The position numbers were made by a program, and so were the translations under genes. DNA of 64,000 nt from an archaeon. GTDB taxonomy: Archaea > Thermoproteota > Nitrososphaeria > Nitrososphaerales > Nitrosopumilaceae. Shown here piece by piece: positions 20,218 to 29,622 of the stretch; within the stretch, counting starts at the first letter, position 1, and each line of letters begins with the position of its first letter. The stretch is from contig JAJRWR010000027.1 in the NCBI GenBank assembly GCA_024276695.1, positions 2,144 through 66,143 on the forward strand. The letters are read 5' to 3'. The notes beneath the pieces were generated by a model. It worked only from the letters and a program-made list of their open reading frames with translations. It did no database searches and was not told the DNA's origin.

Positions 20218-20528
20218 TGAATATTGTTTTAGAAGTTGGGACAAAAAATTATGTCGGTGATTTACTATCTATCAAAAAAGCATTATCTCATTTAGAAAGC
20301 CTAGTTGATGGTTACAACGGATATGTTTTAAGTGAACCGTCCCCAAAATTTGGGTGGACATTTTTTAAAATTATGTTTAAACCTAACTTACAAAATGGAA
20401 TAGAAAAAAAATTTTCTGACATGATTATAAAATATCAAGCAAATGATCCTGCAGAAAAATTTGCAAAATTTATGACAGATTATTTTATTTCTAGAGGATG
20501 TGATGTTAAAATAAAAATATCTAACTAG
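20217..20528 (+). CDS. Hypothetical protein
   Basis: 103 aa; stop/start overlap with the preceding gene. Confidence 0.7.
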   Translation: MNIVLEVGTKNYVGDLLSIKKALSHLESLVDGYNGYVLSEPSPKFGWTFFKIMFKPNLQNGIEKKFSDMIIKYQANDPAEKFAKFMTDYFISRGCDVKIKISN

Positions 20529-21019
20529 ACTCTTCTTCCTCTTTTTCCACCTTTCTTTCTGGTGGTATCATGAGGAATAGGTGTTACATCATCAATTCTT
20601 CCAATTTTGAATCCACCTCTTGCTAATGCTCTGATTGCAGCTTGTGCACCTGGACCTGGTACTCTGGAACCAACCCCGCCGACAGCACGAACTCTAATAT
20701 GAAATCCCGTAAACCCTTTGGTTCTTGCAGATTCAACTACTGCATTTGCAGCTTTCATTGCGGCAAATGGTGATGATTCGTACCTGTCTGCATTAACATG
20801 AATTCCACCAGAACTGATGGAAACTGTTTCTCCGCCTGTAAGGTCGGTCATGTGAATAATTGTATTATTATAACTGCTGTAAATGTGAGCAATTCCCCAT
20901 TTTTCAGGTCCTTCTTTCTTTGTTTCTGGTTGAGGCTTTGATTCTTGAACAGTTTCTATTGTTTTTTCTTCAACTGTTGCTTCAGTCTTTTCAACTACCT
21001 CCGTTTCGATTTCTGACAA
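20525..21019 (-). CDS. rps11: 30S ribosomal protein uS11 with acidic N-terminal extension
   Basis: [62 protein letters not shown]. Confidence 0.97.
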   Translation of the reverse strand: MSEIETEVVEKTEATVEEKTIETVQESKPQPETKKEGPEKWGIAHIYSSYNNTIIHMTDLTGGETVSISSGGIHVNADRYESSPFAAMKAANAVVESARTKGFTGFHIRVRAVGGVGSRVPGPGAQAAIRALARGGFKIGRIDDVTPIPHDTTRKKGGKRGRRV

Positions 21020-21136
21020 TGTCTACTCAGGCCTTAAAGGGTTTAAAATACATTGATTCTCAAAACTTGCCTTATTTCGGGTACTTGGCTATAAAATAAT
21101 GACTATTCATATACTATCTACATCTTTTTTCAATAA

Positions 21137-21457
21137 ATGGCATCAATTTTATTATTGGCAATTGGTATTGCAGTTGCAACTGCGTTAATGGCCTCAGTCG
21201 CAATTCAATTCTTAACACCGATCACTGATTCTGAATTATCCCCTTTAGAAAAAAATTGTCAACAAATTGCTAATGAAGGATACAGAATTCATGCGATTTA
21301 CCCTAATTCAAATCCAGATGAACTTCCTGTTGATGATTTTAAGCGCTTGATATACCTTGATGAATTATGGATTACAGAATGTGTTAATGTATTGCCTACA
21401 GAGTCAATTTTTAGTATTGTAAATAATGTTGAGAGAGACTTTTTTTCTGGTGAATAA
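21137..21457 (+). CDS. Hypothetical membrane-anchored protein
   Basis: N-terminal TM/signal; two Cys. Confidence 0.7.
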   Translation: MASILLLAIGIAVATALMASVAIQFLTPITDSELSPLEKNCQQIANEGYRIHAIYPNSNPDELPVDDFKRLIYLDELWITECVNVLPTESIFSIVNNVERDFFSGE

Positions 21458-21460
21458 TTA

Positions 21461-22408
21461 TCAAAAATGCTTCCAACCTGTATCTTTTAAACGAGTGAAA
21501 CTATTATTTTTTTCAATATAGACTCCTTTACCTGAAGTAACATAACCAATTTCTATAATTTTTGTTTTTAATAATGCTGCATTTTTTTCAATAATTTTTC
21601 TATATTTAGGAGATATTGTAAATATGAATTCATACTCTTCTCCACCATTAAAAATCAGATCGTTCAAATCTAATTTGTAAGATTTCACATATTCTTCTAA
21701 ATCTTTCATGGCTGGAATTTTGTTTATTATGAATTTATTTTTATTCTGTTTTGACATTTCATTTAATGTAGTGGATAATCCATCACTTGAATCCATTGAT
21801 GATGAGAAATATTTTTTATTTTTTATCCCAAAATTGAGTTTTGGATTTGGTTTAATGACTGATTTGATAGCCTTTTTAGCAAACATTTCCTTTCCTTTCT
21901 TCTTACCTAGTAGCATGTTTAATCCTACAGATGTATATCCAAATGGACCTGTCACAAATATTAAATCTCCTTTTTTTGCATCTTTTCTAGTAACAATTTC
22001 GTCTGTTATCCCAAAAAGACATACGTTGAATACAATTTCCTTGCCTCCATTTGTATCCCCACCAATTATAGAAATATCAAATTCCCTACATGTTTTTTTA
22101 AAACCTGAAACCATTTCATTGACTTTTGAGCGTGAAATCATCTTTGGCAGATTAACTGAAATCATTCCATATTTGGGTTTGACACCTTTTGCTGCAAAAT
22201 CACTCACACATGCTACTATACTTTTCCTTGCAGCGTCAGATAATTTCATTTTATATGGAATATCTGTACTTTCTACCATTGTGTCAGTTTTTGTAACAAT
22301 TTTATTTTTTCCTAAATTCACAATTTCTACATCTTCTGATTCAAAGTTCTCCTTACCAAAACCCCTCTGAAAAATTTTGATTATTGTAGTCTCATCTAAT
22401 TTTTTCAT
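21461..22408 (-). CDS. thiL: Thiamine-monophosphate kinase
   Basis: KTDTMVE, SDFAAKG, GGDT, MDSSDGL, GGEEYE. Confidence 0.92.
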   Translation of the reverse strand: MKKLDETTIIKIFQRGFGKENFESEDVEIVNLGKNKIVTKTDTMVESTDIPYKMKLSDAARKSIVACVSDFAAKGVKPKYGMISVNLPKMISRSKVNEMVSGFKKTCREFDISIIGGDTNGGKEIVFNVCLFGITDEIVTRKDAKKGDLIFVTGPFGYTSVGLNMLLGKKKGKEMFAKKAIKSVIKPNPKLNFGIKNKKYFSSSMDSSDGLSTTLNEMSKQNKNKFIINKIPAMKDLEEYVKSYKLDLNDLIFNGGEEYEFIFTISPKYRKIIEKNAALLKTKIIEIGYVTSGKGVYIEKNNSFTRLKDTGWKHF

Positions 22409-23690
22409 AACTTTGATTCACTAATTCCACTGTATCTTTGACAATTTTTTTACATTTTTCTTCATTATTTGATTCTGCTGAAACTCTGATGATGTCTTCG
22501 GTGTTTGATTTTCTGATTAATACCCAACTGTCTTCATCAATGATTCCTTTAATTCCATCTAATGAAATAGTTTCAGAATACTCTTTAGAAAATCTGGATT
22601 TTATTTCTTCAATAACTTTGTCATGAAAATCCGAATTAATTTCAGTCTTGTCTCTTATCTGATGATAACTCTCCATGTAGTTCAATATTTCATTAAATTC
22701 TGAAGTTCCTAACATTGATGCTATCAAACCACTGGTTAGAATTCCTTCTCTACAATAATTGAATTCTGGTAAAATAAAACCTCCACTACTTCCTTCACCT
22801 CCAGCCTGCGCGTTATTTTTTAACATGAGATTAATTACATTTGCTTCTCCTACTTTGGATCTTTGAACAGTACCTCCTTTCTCTTTGATGAATTTTTCAA
22901 CTGAAACGCTTGTATCAATACTCAAAACAAATTTTTTGTAACCTAATTCGAATGATTTTGCTACACCTAAACCAAGTGTGACATCTGGGGTTTGCTTTTT
23001 ACCGTTTCTTACAACAACTAATCGATCTCCGTCCAAATCAAAAGCAAATCCAATATCTTTTTTGTTACTTGATGAAATTAAATCTGATAAATCATCTGAT
23101 GTTGGATCAGGACCTCTAGTACACCTAGAAAGATTCTCGTTTAGTATTTCAACATTACATCCTACTTCTCTTAGTAATTCTGGGGCAAATCCCTTGGCTG
23201 CTCCACCTCCAATATCGACTATAATTTCAGGGTTATTTTCTATATTTCCTATGATTTTCTTTGCATCTTCAATGTATGATGTTGATATATTAGTCTCGAC
23301 TCCGATCTTTGTTTTTAAAATATTTTGATGATTAATTATTTGAGGAAGTTCTTGTTCGTTAATCCCTCTACCTTCAATGATGAATTTCATTCCATTCCAT
23401 TCTAATGGATTGTGTGATGAAGAAATTACCAATCCTGCCCCATATTTCCTTGCTTCTCGAAAAACTACTGGAGTTGGTACTGTTTGCAAATCAAAAACAT
23501 CTATTCCATTTTTCAACAATGCAGCACTTGCAGTATCTTTTACCATTTGTCCTGATGGTCTTGTATCTTTTCCAATAACACATTTTTTAGATTTGATTAA
23601 TGATGAAAAATTATTACAAAACTCTAGTACGTCTTTTAGGTTAAGATCCTCTCCGAATATTCCCCTAATCCCAGAAATTGTTTTTTTCAT
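22392..23690 (-). CDS. Phosphohexomutase (PGM/PMM/GlmM family)
   Basis: ISGIRG, SSHNP, DLDGDR, GGEGS, RKSNTE. Confidence 0.93.
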   Translation of the reverse strand: MKKTISGIRGIFGEDLNLKDVLEFCNNFSSLIKSKKCVIGKDTRPSGQMVKDTASAALLKNGIDVFDLQTVPTPVVFREARKYGAGLVISSSHNPLEWNGMKFIIEGRGINEQELPQIINHQNILKTKIGVETNISTSYIEDAKKIIGNIENNPEIIVDIGGGAAKGFAPELLREVGCNVEILNENLSRCTRGPDPTSDDLSDLISSSNKKDIGFAFDLDGDRLVVVRNGKKQTPDVTLGLGVAKSFELGYKKFVLSIDTSVSVEKFIKEKGGTVQRSKVGEANVINLMLKNNAQAGGEGSSGGFILPEFNYCREGILTSGLIASMLGTSEFNEILNYMESYHQIRDKTEINSDFHDKVIEEIKSRFSKEYSETISLDGIKGIIDEDSWVLIRKSNTEDIIRVSAESNNEEKCKKIVKDTVELVNQSYEKIR

Positions 23691-23743
23691 TTATTTCATT
23701 TCGGAAAGGCTTTTTATTAACTCTAATGGATTTACCCAAACGT

Positions 23744-23817
23744 GCCTTGGTAGCTCAGCCTGGTAGAGCGAACGCCTCGTAAGCGTTAGGTCGCGGGTTC
23801 GTACCCCGTTCAAGGCT
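23744..23817 (+). tRNA. tRNA-Thr(CGU) with atypical T-loop
   Basis: Acceptor GCCUUGG/UCAAGGC; anticodon arm AACGC-CU-CGU-AA-GCGUU; T-loop UUCGUAC. Confidence 0.92.
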
Positions 23818-23848
23818 CTATAAATTTTTAAAAATTTCTAAATAATTG

Positions 23849-23932
23849 TTAGTTTGATTCATCGAAAGTTTCAATGTCTGTTTCTAATTCTTTTCCTAAA
23901 CCTTCCCACCATTGTTCTATTTGATCTGCCAT
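23849..23932 (-). CDS. Possible 27-aa acidic micro-ORF or gene remnant
   Basis: MADQIEQWWEGLGKELETDIETFDESN*; purine-rich AAGGGA upstream. Confidence 0.3.
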   Translation of the reverse strand: MADQIEQWWEGLGKELETDIETFDESN

Positions 23933-24023
23933 ATGTTCCCCTTGTAGTTTACAAGAAATTGTCCTTTATAGATCTGTCGGTTGATTTACAGTTGATCAAA
24001 CACTAACAAATTCTAAAAATATT

Positions 24024-24212
24024 CTAACTTTCTTTTCCTTCTTTCTTGTTTTTCATTTTTCTATAGATGATTATCATTAGTGTGGTACCTGCACTACCCC
24101 AAAATAATTCAGACGTTCCATTTTTTATCCCATACGGTATGAATACACCTACAAAACTTAATGTCATAATTGCAACAAGAGCTAATCCTATAATTTCAAG
24201 TATTTTGGCCAT
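24024..24212 (-). CDS. Small two-TM membrane protein
   Basis: Two hydrophobic helices, basic tail. Confidence 0.65.
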   Translation of the reverse strand: MAKILEIIGLALVAIMTLSFVGVFIPYGIKNGTSELFWGSAGTTLMIIIYRKMKNKKEGKES

Positions 24213-24271
24213 TTCTATCTGCTCATTTTGTTAAATTAAAAAGATATATGGTTTTGTAAAACAATTCCTTT

Positions 24272-24484
24272 ATGGACAAATATCTATTAATAATTTTGAT
24301 TTTTATGGTTGTGACTATTCCAATAGCTTTTGTTGAACCTTCATCCGGTCAAATTCGTAATCCTCCACTTATACCGTTATTTTATGCTGCTATTGCAGGA
24401 ATTATAATTATTTTTACATATAATACATACAAAGAAAGAAAAGAACGACAAGCAGCTAATGCAAAACGAAGATCTAGAAAATAA
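24272..24484 (+). CDS. Small two-TM membrane protein
   Basis: Two hydrophobic helices, basic tail. Confidence 0.7.
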   Translation: MDKYLLIILIFMVVTIPIAFVEPSSGQIRNPPLIPLFYAAIAGIIIIFTYNTYKERKERQAANAKRRSRK

Positions 24485-24487
24485 ATC

Positions 24488-24769
24488 TTAAAGTTCTAAT
24501 CCAAACGATTCTGCAATACTTGAAAAGTTTACGTAAGAATCCAAATATTGTCTACCTTTTGAAGTAATCACAAAAGTATTCTTACCATCAAATTCTATTT
24601 TATTGATGAGACCTGCACCAGTTAAATTTTCCAAGAATTTTGATAATCTTGAATGTGATAAATTTGCTTTTGTAAGAAGTGAAGTTGTTTTAATGCCTTC
24701 TTGGCCAGATTGTTGAGTAGCATTTAGTACATCTGCAACAATTTGCATACTGGTTCTATAGGAAGCCAT
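24488..24769 (-). CDS. Winged-helix transcriptional regulator
   Basis: YRTSMQIVADVL...KANLSHSRL..FLE.L...GLI.......F.IT.KGRQYL; paralog at 31652. Confidence 0.88.
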   Translation of the reverse strand: MASYRTSMQIVADVLNATQQSGQEGIKTTSLLTKANLSHSRLSKFLENLTGAGLINKIEFDGKNTFVITSKGRQYLDSYVNFSSIAESFGLEL

Positions 24770-24853
24770 ACGTAACTAACTCTAAAACTATGATATAAGG
24801 GTATTACCACTAATTCAGATCAGATAAATAAGCTCTGACCTGATTTTCATGCA

Positions 24854-25438
24854 ATGTCTTCACAATCATCCATTCCTTGGTATGATGACTTTGTAGGCGT
24901 TGCTTATCGATATTATGATCTAAGGATGAACGTTGTTCCCTTATTTACTGACAGAAAAGAAGCAGCTTCACTTTGGCATGATACAATTCATTCATGGGTG
25001 GATCCATCAATTAAAATCCGCTTTTTGGAGATGGATGATAAATATTGGTTCATCATGGGTGCAGATTCGCAGAAACCTGACACGAATCTATCGTTTTTTA
25101 AAGAATTGTCAAAGTCTGAAAATTATGAACGATTCAAAAAAGGTCATGATGGAGAAGCATATCTTAGATTAGGAGTATATACAAAAAAATCCCTTGATGA
25201 TGTAAAGAAAGATGCCGTATGTGAGTGTAGTCATGAAGCTCAAGATCATGATGAAGGCGACAATGCTGTTTGTCTTTTTAACAAGTGTTCTTGCAAAAAA
25301 TTTTCTAGTTTCCAAGTTAATCTATTGAAAAAGAAAAAAATAATTACAGACATTAAATTTTTAGAAGAAAAAGATGTAAAAAGTGATCCACTTGTTTGGA
25401 ATTGTATTAATATAAATAAATTTTCAAAATCAGAATAA
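24854..25438 (+). CDS. Hypothetical protein with Cys/His-rich insert
   Basis: CECSHEAQDH...CLFNKCSC motif in C-terminal third. Confidence 0.75.
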   Translation: MSSQSSIPWYDDFVGVAYRYYDLRMNVVPLFTDRKEAASLWHDTIHSWVDPSIKIRFLEMDDKYWFIMGADSQKPDTNLSFFKELSKSENYERFKKGHDGEAYLRLGVYTKKSLDDVKKDAVCECSHEAQDHDEGDNAVCLFNKCSCKKFSSFQVNLLKKKKIITDIKFLEEKDVKSDPLVWNCININKFSKSE

Positions 25439-25440
25439 AA

Positions 25441-25629
25441 TTAATCTAAATGTTTGTTTACTCTAACATGTTCTCCAGGATAATGGTCATTGATCTTTTT
25501 TGAATAACATTTACCGCATAATGTACCCTCTATTCCCCATTCTTCCATTGCCTTAAAATGAAATCCTATCGTTTCACTACAAATGACACATTTTTCTTTT
25601 TTGCCCAAAGTACTTTTGCTCTTTTTCAT
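25441..25629 (-). CDS. Small CxxC...CxxC zinc-finger protein
   Basis: CVIC...LCGKCY; ATG at 25629. Confidence 0.7.
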   Translation of the reverse strand: MKKSKSTLGKKEKCVICSETIGFHFKAMEEWGIEGTLCGKCYSKKINDHYPGEHVRVNKHLD

Positions 25630-25703
25630 CGTTATAAAAAACATTCTAGAAAAAATTATGCTTAGAAAAATTATGTTAAATATTACTGGTTTATACTGAA
25701 TTT

Positions 25704-25765
25704 AGGTAGGCAGTCTGACCAATGTAAACCTCCTGCAAGATCTTTACTTGGTTGGATTACTACCT
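25704..25765 (+). ncRNA. Candidate hairpin sRNA or strong terminator-like structure
   Basis: AGGTAG/CTACCT, GTCTGACCAA/TTGGTTGGAT and GTAAA/TTTAC stack. G-U pairs favour the + strand. TTAAATA box about 22-28 nt upstream. Confidence 0.4.
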
Positions 25766-25771
25766 TTGTAA

Positions 25772-27523
25772 TTAAAATAAACTAGTTGCAAGTTTTTTTA
25801 ACGCTAAAATTTCATCCTCCTCTTGTCTGATTTTCTTATCAATTACTCTAAGCATTGAATCATTCCAAACATGCTGAGAGAAGAAATTATGTTTAGTATT
25901 TGCTAGTTCTATCTCATCATCTACAACTGTGTCTTCAAGAAATTTGGTTACAACGATATCTGTAATCTTTAAAATTCTAGAATTTAGTTTGAAACTGCGA
26001 AATATGGGTTCCAATTTTCTCACATCACATTTAAAATCCCCATCTGATTCAAGAATTTTTTTGTGAAGTATTCTGAAATATACTGCAACAAAAAATAATG
26101 TTGCATATCTTTTTGTTTTATGGCCTCCTTGTTTTCCATACTTTAATGATTTTTTTGCAAATTCCTTTACAAGATATGGATATAGTAAAATTCTGTAATC
26201 ATCTTTTAGATTATCATTAAACACATCATCATACTTGCTTCCTCTTGGAAGAAATTGTGCTGGTGAACTGTAAGCTTCAGTTGGCCTTTGTTCAATTCCT
26301 GCAACAAGTGATTGTATTGCATCTTTGGCAACAATGACTTTCTTGTGATTATCTGGAAGATAACTGTTGTATGTTGAATCTCCATCATATTCTGATTGTT
26401 TTGATTTAGTTTTTGTATCAAAAGAACCTGCTTGAATTTCATAAAAATAGCCACAATTCTTCAATTGAGATTTGATTGATTTATGAAAATCCATCAATGA
26501 AACCAAATCTTTTCCTCTGACAGAATTTTGAGAATTTCTGTATTTTGTAATATTATTTTGTTCTTGTTCATCATCTGCTTTGATTATTGTTACTGTCATG
26601 GAACCCTCCATGTTCTTTATTCTCTTTGAATGATCAAGAATAGAGTTTGATGTTTGTGCACCATTTACAATTTGTGGTGCATGAAGCTCGATCATGTTTT
26701 CTCCCAACTCTGAAAAATCGCTGACTACAATAGTAATTCCATTGTTATAAAAGAAAAATTTGTCTGGATTATTCTGCAATGTTTCTCTTAATCCTTTGTT
26801 TACTGTAGTCTTAAATTGCATCCATTGTCTAATGTTTGATTCAAAAACATAATCTCTATTCTTACTTACAAATTCAGTAAGCTCACGTAACTTTAAAATC
26901 CCTAAAATTGTATTTTCATGTCTTAACATCCTCTCTAATTTTATTGATGATTTTTTCCCCTCTGCAGGTTTTTTTATTCTATCCCATAATTTCTGAATTA
27001 TTACTTTTTGATCTATAATTTCTACTATGTCATCATGATAGTCTACTTCTTGATCTGTTACATAGCAGCATTTTATTTTGAGATTTTTTTCTTTTATTTT
27101 TGTAACAAGTTGTGCAAGCTCCGGTCTCATCTTTATAACATCTTTTGCAAGCAACCTCTTAGCATCTTCTTTGAATTTTGCTATTGCTTCTAGTGAATGT
27201 GATGTTCCATATTTTGATTGAAATAATCTAATCGTATTATCTGAAAAATCTACTGGAAGATATGCATCAATCCCAAGATCATTTGCTCCATCCACAATTG
27301 CATCTGCTGCATCATCTTCTGTAGCCTCAAAAACTCTTGTTAAAATCCACTGAAGAAAATTATTACCTTTTTCTACTTCATTTTTTGAATTTTCAGCGTA
27401 TTCTTGAATGCTTTCCCGAATGTTTTCTGTAAAACCTTCTAAGGGTTGACTAGAATTTTTTTGAACTAACAGTGTGTGTGAGCCAGGTATGTATTTCAAT
27501 AACCCATTTCCATTTTGAGCCAA
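25772..27523 (-). CDS. AIPR family protein
   Basis: N-terminal DGANDLGIDA...LFQSKY (nuclease-like fold). AIPR core NIRQ...FFFYNNGITIV...PQIVNGAQT...NSQNSV. Confidence 0.9.
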   Translation of the reverse strand: MAQNGNGLLKYIPGSHTLLVQKNSSQPLEGFTENIRESIQEYAENSKNEVEKGNNFLQWILTRVFEATEDDAADAIVDGANDLGIDAYLPVDFSDNTIRLFQSKYGTSHSLEAIAKFKEDAKRLLAKDVIKMRPELAQLVTKIKEKNLKIKCCYVTDQEVDYHDDIVEIIDQKVIIQKLWDRIKKPAEGKKSSIKLERMLRHENTILGILKLRELTEFVSKNRDYVFESNIRQWMQFKTTVNKGLRETLQNNPDKFFFYNNGITIVVSDFSELGENMIELHAPQIVNGAQTSNSILDHSKRIKNMEGSMTVTIIKADDEQEQNNITKYRNSQNSVRGKDLVSLMDFHKSIKSQLKNCGYFYEIQAGSFDTKTKSKQSEYDGDSTYNSYLPDNHKKVIVAKDAIQSLVAGIEQRPTEAYSSPAQFLPRGSKYDDVFNDNLKDDYRILLYPYLVKEFAKKSLKYGKQGGHKTKRYATLFFVAVYFRILHKKILESDGDFKCDVRKLEPIFRSFKLNSRILKITDIVVTKFLEDTVVDDEIELANTKHNFFSQHVWNDSMLRVIDKKIRQEEDEILALKKLATSLF

Positions 27524-27597
27524 TTATGTCTTCTAATATGTTATATATTTAGTAAATTTGGTAATTATGTAATAACTCTGTTAAGGATGAATATGAT

Positions 27598-28005
27598 TTG
27601 CTAAAAAAATTAATACTTATTGGAACTATAACGGTAATCTTTCTTGTAGTAATTGGTTTGATCTTTTCTAATACATCCATTGAAACAAACTCTGAAGAGC
27701 CTGAATTGATTGAAGGAGATGTCATAATGCCTACAAAAGTTTCCCGCCCTGGATGTGAAGAGATTGATAGATGTTACATTCCGTCAGTTATTGTAATTGA
27801 TTTGGGAAAACAAGTTACATGGGTAAATCAGGATTCTGCATTTCATAGTGTAACTTCAGGTTTTTATGATGAGCCTACAGAATTATTTGATAGTGGATAT
27901 TTAGATCCGTTTGAATCCTACACTCTATATTTTGATGAGATTGGTACCTATGATTATTTTTGTACTTTGCATCCTTGGATGAAAGGTCAAGTTATAGTAG
28001 AATAA
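27598..28005 (+). CDS. Membrane-anchored plastocyanin-like cupredoxin
   Basis: N-terminal TM; WVN.D...HSVTSG; YFCTLHPWM (His-Cys-His-Met type-1 Cu ligands). Confidence 0.92.
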   Translation: MLKKLILIGTITVIFLVVIGLIFSNTSIETNSEEPELIEGDVIMPTKVSRPGCEEIDRCYIPSVIVIDLGKQVTWVNQDSAFHSVTSGFYDEPTELFDSGYLDPFESYTLYFDEIGTYDYFCTLHPWMKGQVIVE

Positions 28006-28076
28006 GGTACCCGAGGGAGTCGAACCCCCTTGTATAAGCTTTGCAGGCTCACGCATAACCGTTCTGCCAGAGTACC
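28005..28076 (-). tRNA. tRNA-Cys(GCA)
   Basis: Acceptor GGUACUC/GGGUACC, discriminator U; anticodon arm UGAGC-CU-GCA-AA-GCUUA; T-loop UUCGACU. Confidence 0.94.
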
Positions 28077-28115
28077 GTTTTAAAAAATACAAAGTGAATA
28101 ATTAAACTCTTTAGA

Positions 28116-28337
28116 TTAGAATTTGTTAAATGGCTTTGAAGCCAATTTTACATCCTCTCCTTTTACTGTCTTTCTACTAGCATGAGAAGCCATATCAACT
28201 GCACTTACAGCAATACTATCTGCAATCTCTTCGATTATTCTTCTTAATTCATCTGCTGATTCGTCACTAACTCTTTCTGCTCCCGCTTTCTTGAGAATTC
28301 TATACATTGCAGATAATCCTAATTCAGATGATTTCAT
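28116..28337 (-). CDS. Archaeal histone
   Basis: LGLSAMYRILKKAGAERVS...A.HA.RKTVK.EDVKLA histone fold. Confidence 0.93.
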   Translation of the reverse strand: MKSSELGLSAMYRILKKAGAERVSDESADELRRIIEEIADSIAVSAVDMASHASRKTVKGEDVKLASKPFNKF

Positions 28338-28433
28338 GAATCTTGTTTTAGTTTTTTCCGAAAAAAGATAATGAGTGAAAAAATATCACTAAGGAATCGA
28401 TTTATACAGACTATTTCAACAATTGATAAAGAC

Positions 28434-29189
28434 ATGACTTGGTATTTTGATTCTCATATACATTTGTCTGATCCTGCATATGTTTCTGATATAGAATTTA
28501 TCTTAAAACAAATGGAATATTTGAAAATCAAAGCATGTTGTGTATCAATGGATTACAATAATTCATTACAAACTTTAGATCTTGCAGAAAAAAGTGATCT
28601 AGTATTACCTTTCATCGGAATTCATCCCGAGTATGCAAATGATGAAATTGAAAATATGTCAAACTTGATTGAAGATAATCATGATCATATATCTGGAATA
28701 GGTGAAATTGGGTTAGATCCAACATATGTTAATCAAAATGATGATGCAAAAAAACAGAACAATGTATTTGAAACACTGTTATCTTATGCTGAAAAATTTA
28801 ACAAACCTGTTTCAATTCATTCTAGGAAAAGTCTAGATGATGTTTTTCAAATCATGACATCCTATAATACAAAACATGCATTGTTACATTGGTTTGATGG
28901 AAACAAAAAACAACTTCAAAGAGCCATGGATATGGGTTTTTTTGTATCATATGGACCTGTAATGATCTATGCAAATGATAAACAAACATTGTTGTCTAAA
29001 ACCGATGAATCTCAAATCCTTGTTGAAACTGATGGTCCTGTGAGGTTTTCTAAGTGCTTTGAAATGAAATTAGGACAAATTAGCTTTATTCCCAGTGTGA
29101 TTTTCAGTGCTTCAAAAATTCTGGGCAAATCCTTTGATGAAATGACATCCTTACTTGAAAAAAATTCAAATTCATTTCTTGGAATATAG
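28434..29189 (+). CDS. tatD: TatD family deoxyribonuclease
   Basis: FDSHIH, GIHPE, GIGEIGLD, SIHSR, LLHWF, LVETDGP; ATG at 28434 preferred. Confidence 0.92.
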   Translation: MTWYFDSHIHLSDPAYVSDIEFILKQMEYLKIKACCVSMDYNNSLQTLDLAEKSDLVLPFIGIHPEYANDEIENMSNLIEDNHDHISGIGEIGLDPTYVNQNDDAKKQNNVFETLLSYAEKFNKPVSIHSRKSLDDVFQIMTSYNTKHALLHWFDGNKKQLQRAMDMGFFVSYGPVMIYANDKQTLLSKTDESQILVETDGPVRFSKCFEMKLGQISFIPSVIFSASKILGKSFDEMTSLLEKNSNSFLGI

Positions 29190-29220
29190 GTATAAAATAC
29201 CCCCTTGCTTTTTACGTTCA

Positions 29221-29583
29221 GTGGATAGAATAAAACGACTTTCATACGAAGTTCTAGATGAACACAAATCTAAATTTGGTGAAGATTTTGCTGAAAATAA
29301 AAAAGCATTGGATCAAATTTCAATAGTCCGCTCTAAAGGATTAAAAAATGAAATTTCAGGATATATTACAAAATTTATCAAAAAAGAGATTCGTGAAGAA
29401 AAAGCTAAACAAGCTCGTATTGATGCTTCAAAAGCTGAACAACAAGTGGTAGAACAATCTGAAATAGAAATTACTAAAGATAGCGTTGTTGAAGAAGAAA
29501 CTGAAATCGTTGAAGCAACTGAGGCTACTGAAGCAACTTCTGAAGAAGTACTTTCTGAGACTGTTGAAGAAACAACTGAATAA
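29221..29583 (+). CDS. rps17e: 30S ribosomal protein eS17 with acidic C-terminal tail
   Basis: DRIKRL...F.EDFAENKK.L...SKGLKNEISGYITK; GTG start at 29221. Confidence 0.9.
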   Translation: MDRIKRLSYEVLDEHKSKFGEDFAENKKALDQISIVRSKGLKNEISGYITKFIKKEIREEKAKQARIDASKAEQQVVEQSEIEITKDSVVEEETEIVEATEATEATSEEVLSETVEETTE

Positions 29584-29622
29584 TAAATTAAATATTATTT
29601 CTATATTTTAAATTAGGTAGAT

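Noticed and set aside
23818-28004. Integrated element bounded by tRNA att sites
   Set aside because: No integrase and no duplicated tRNA 3' fragment found by eye; gene content looks chromosomal.
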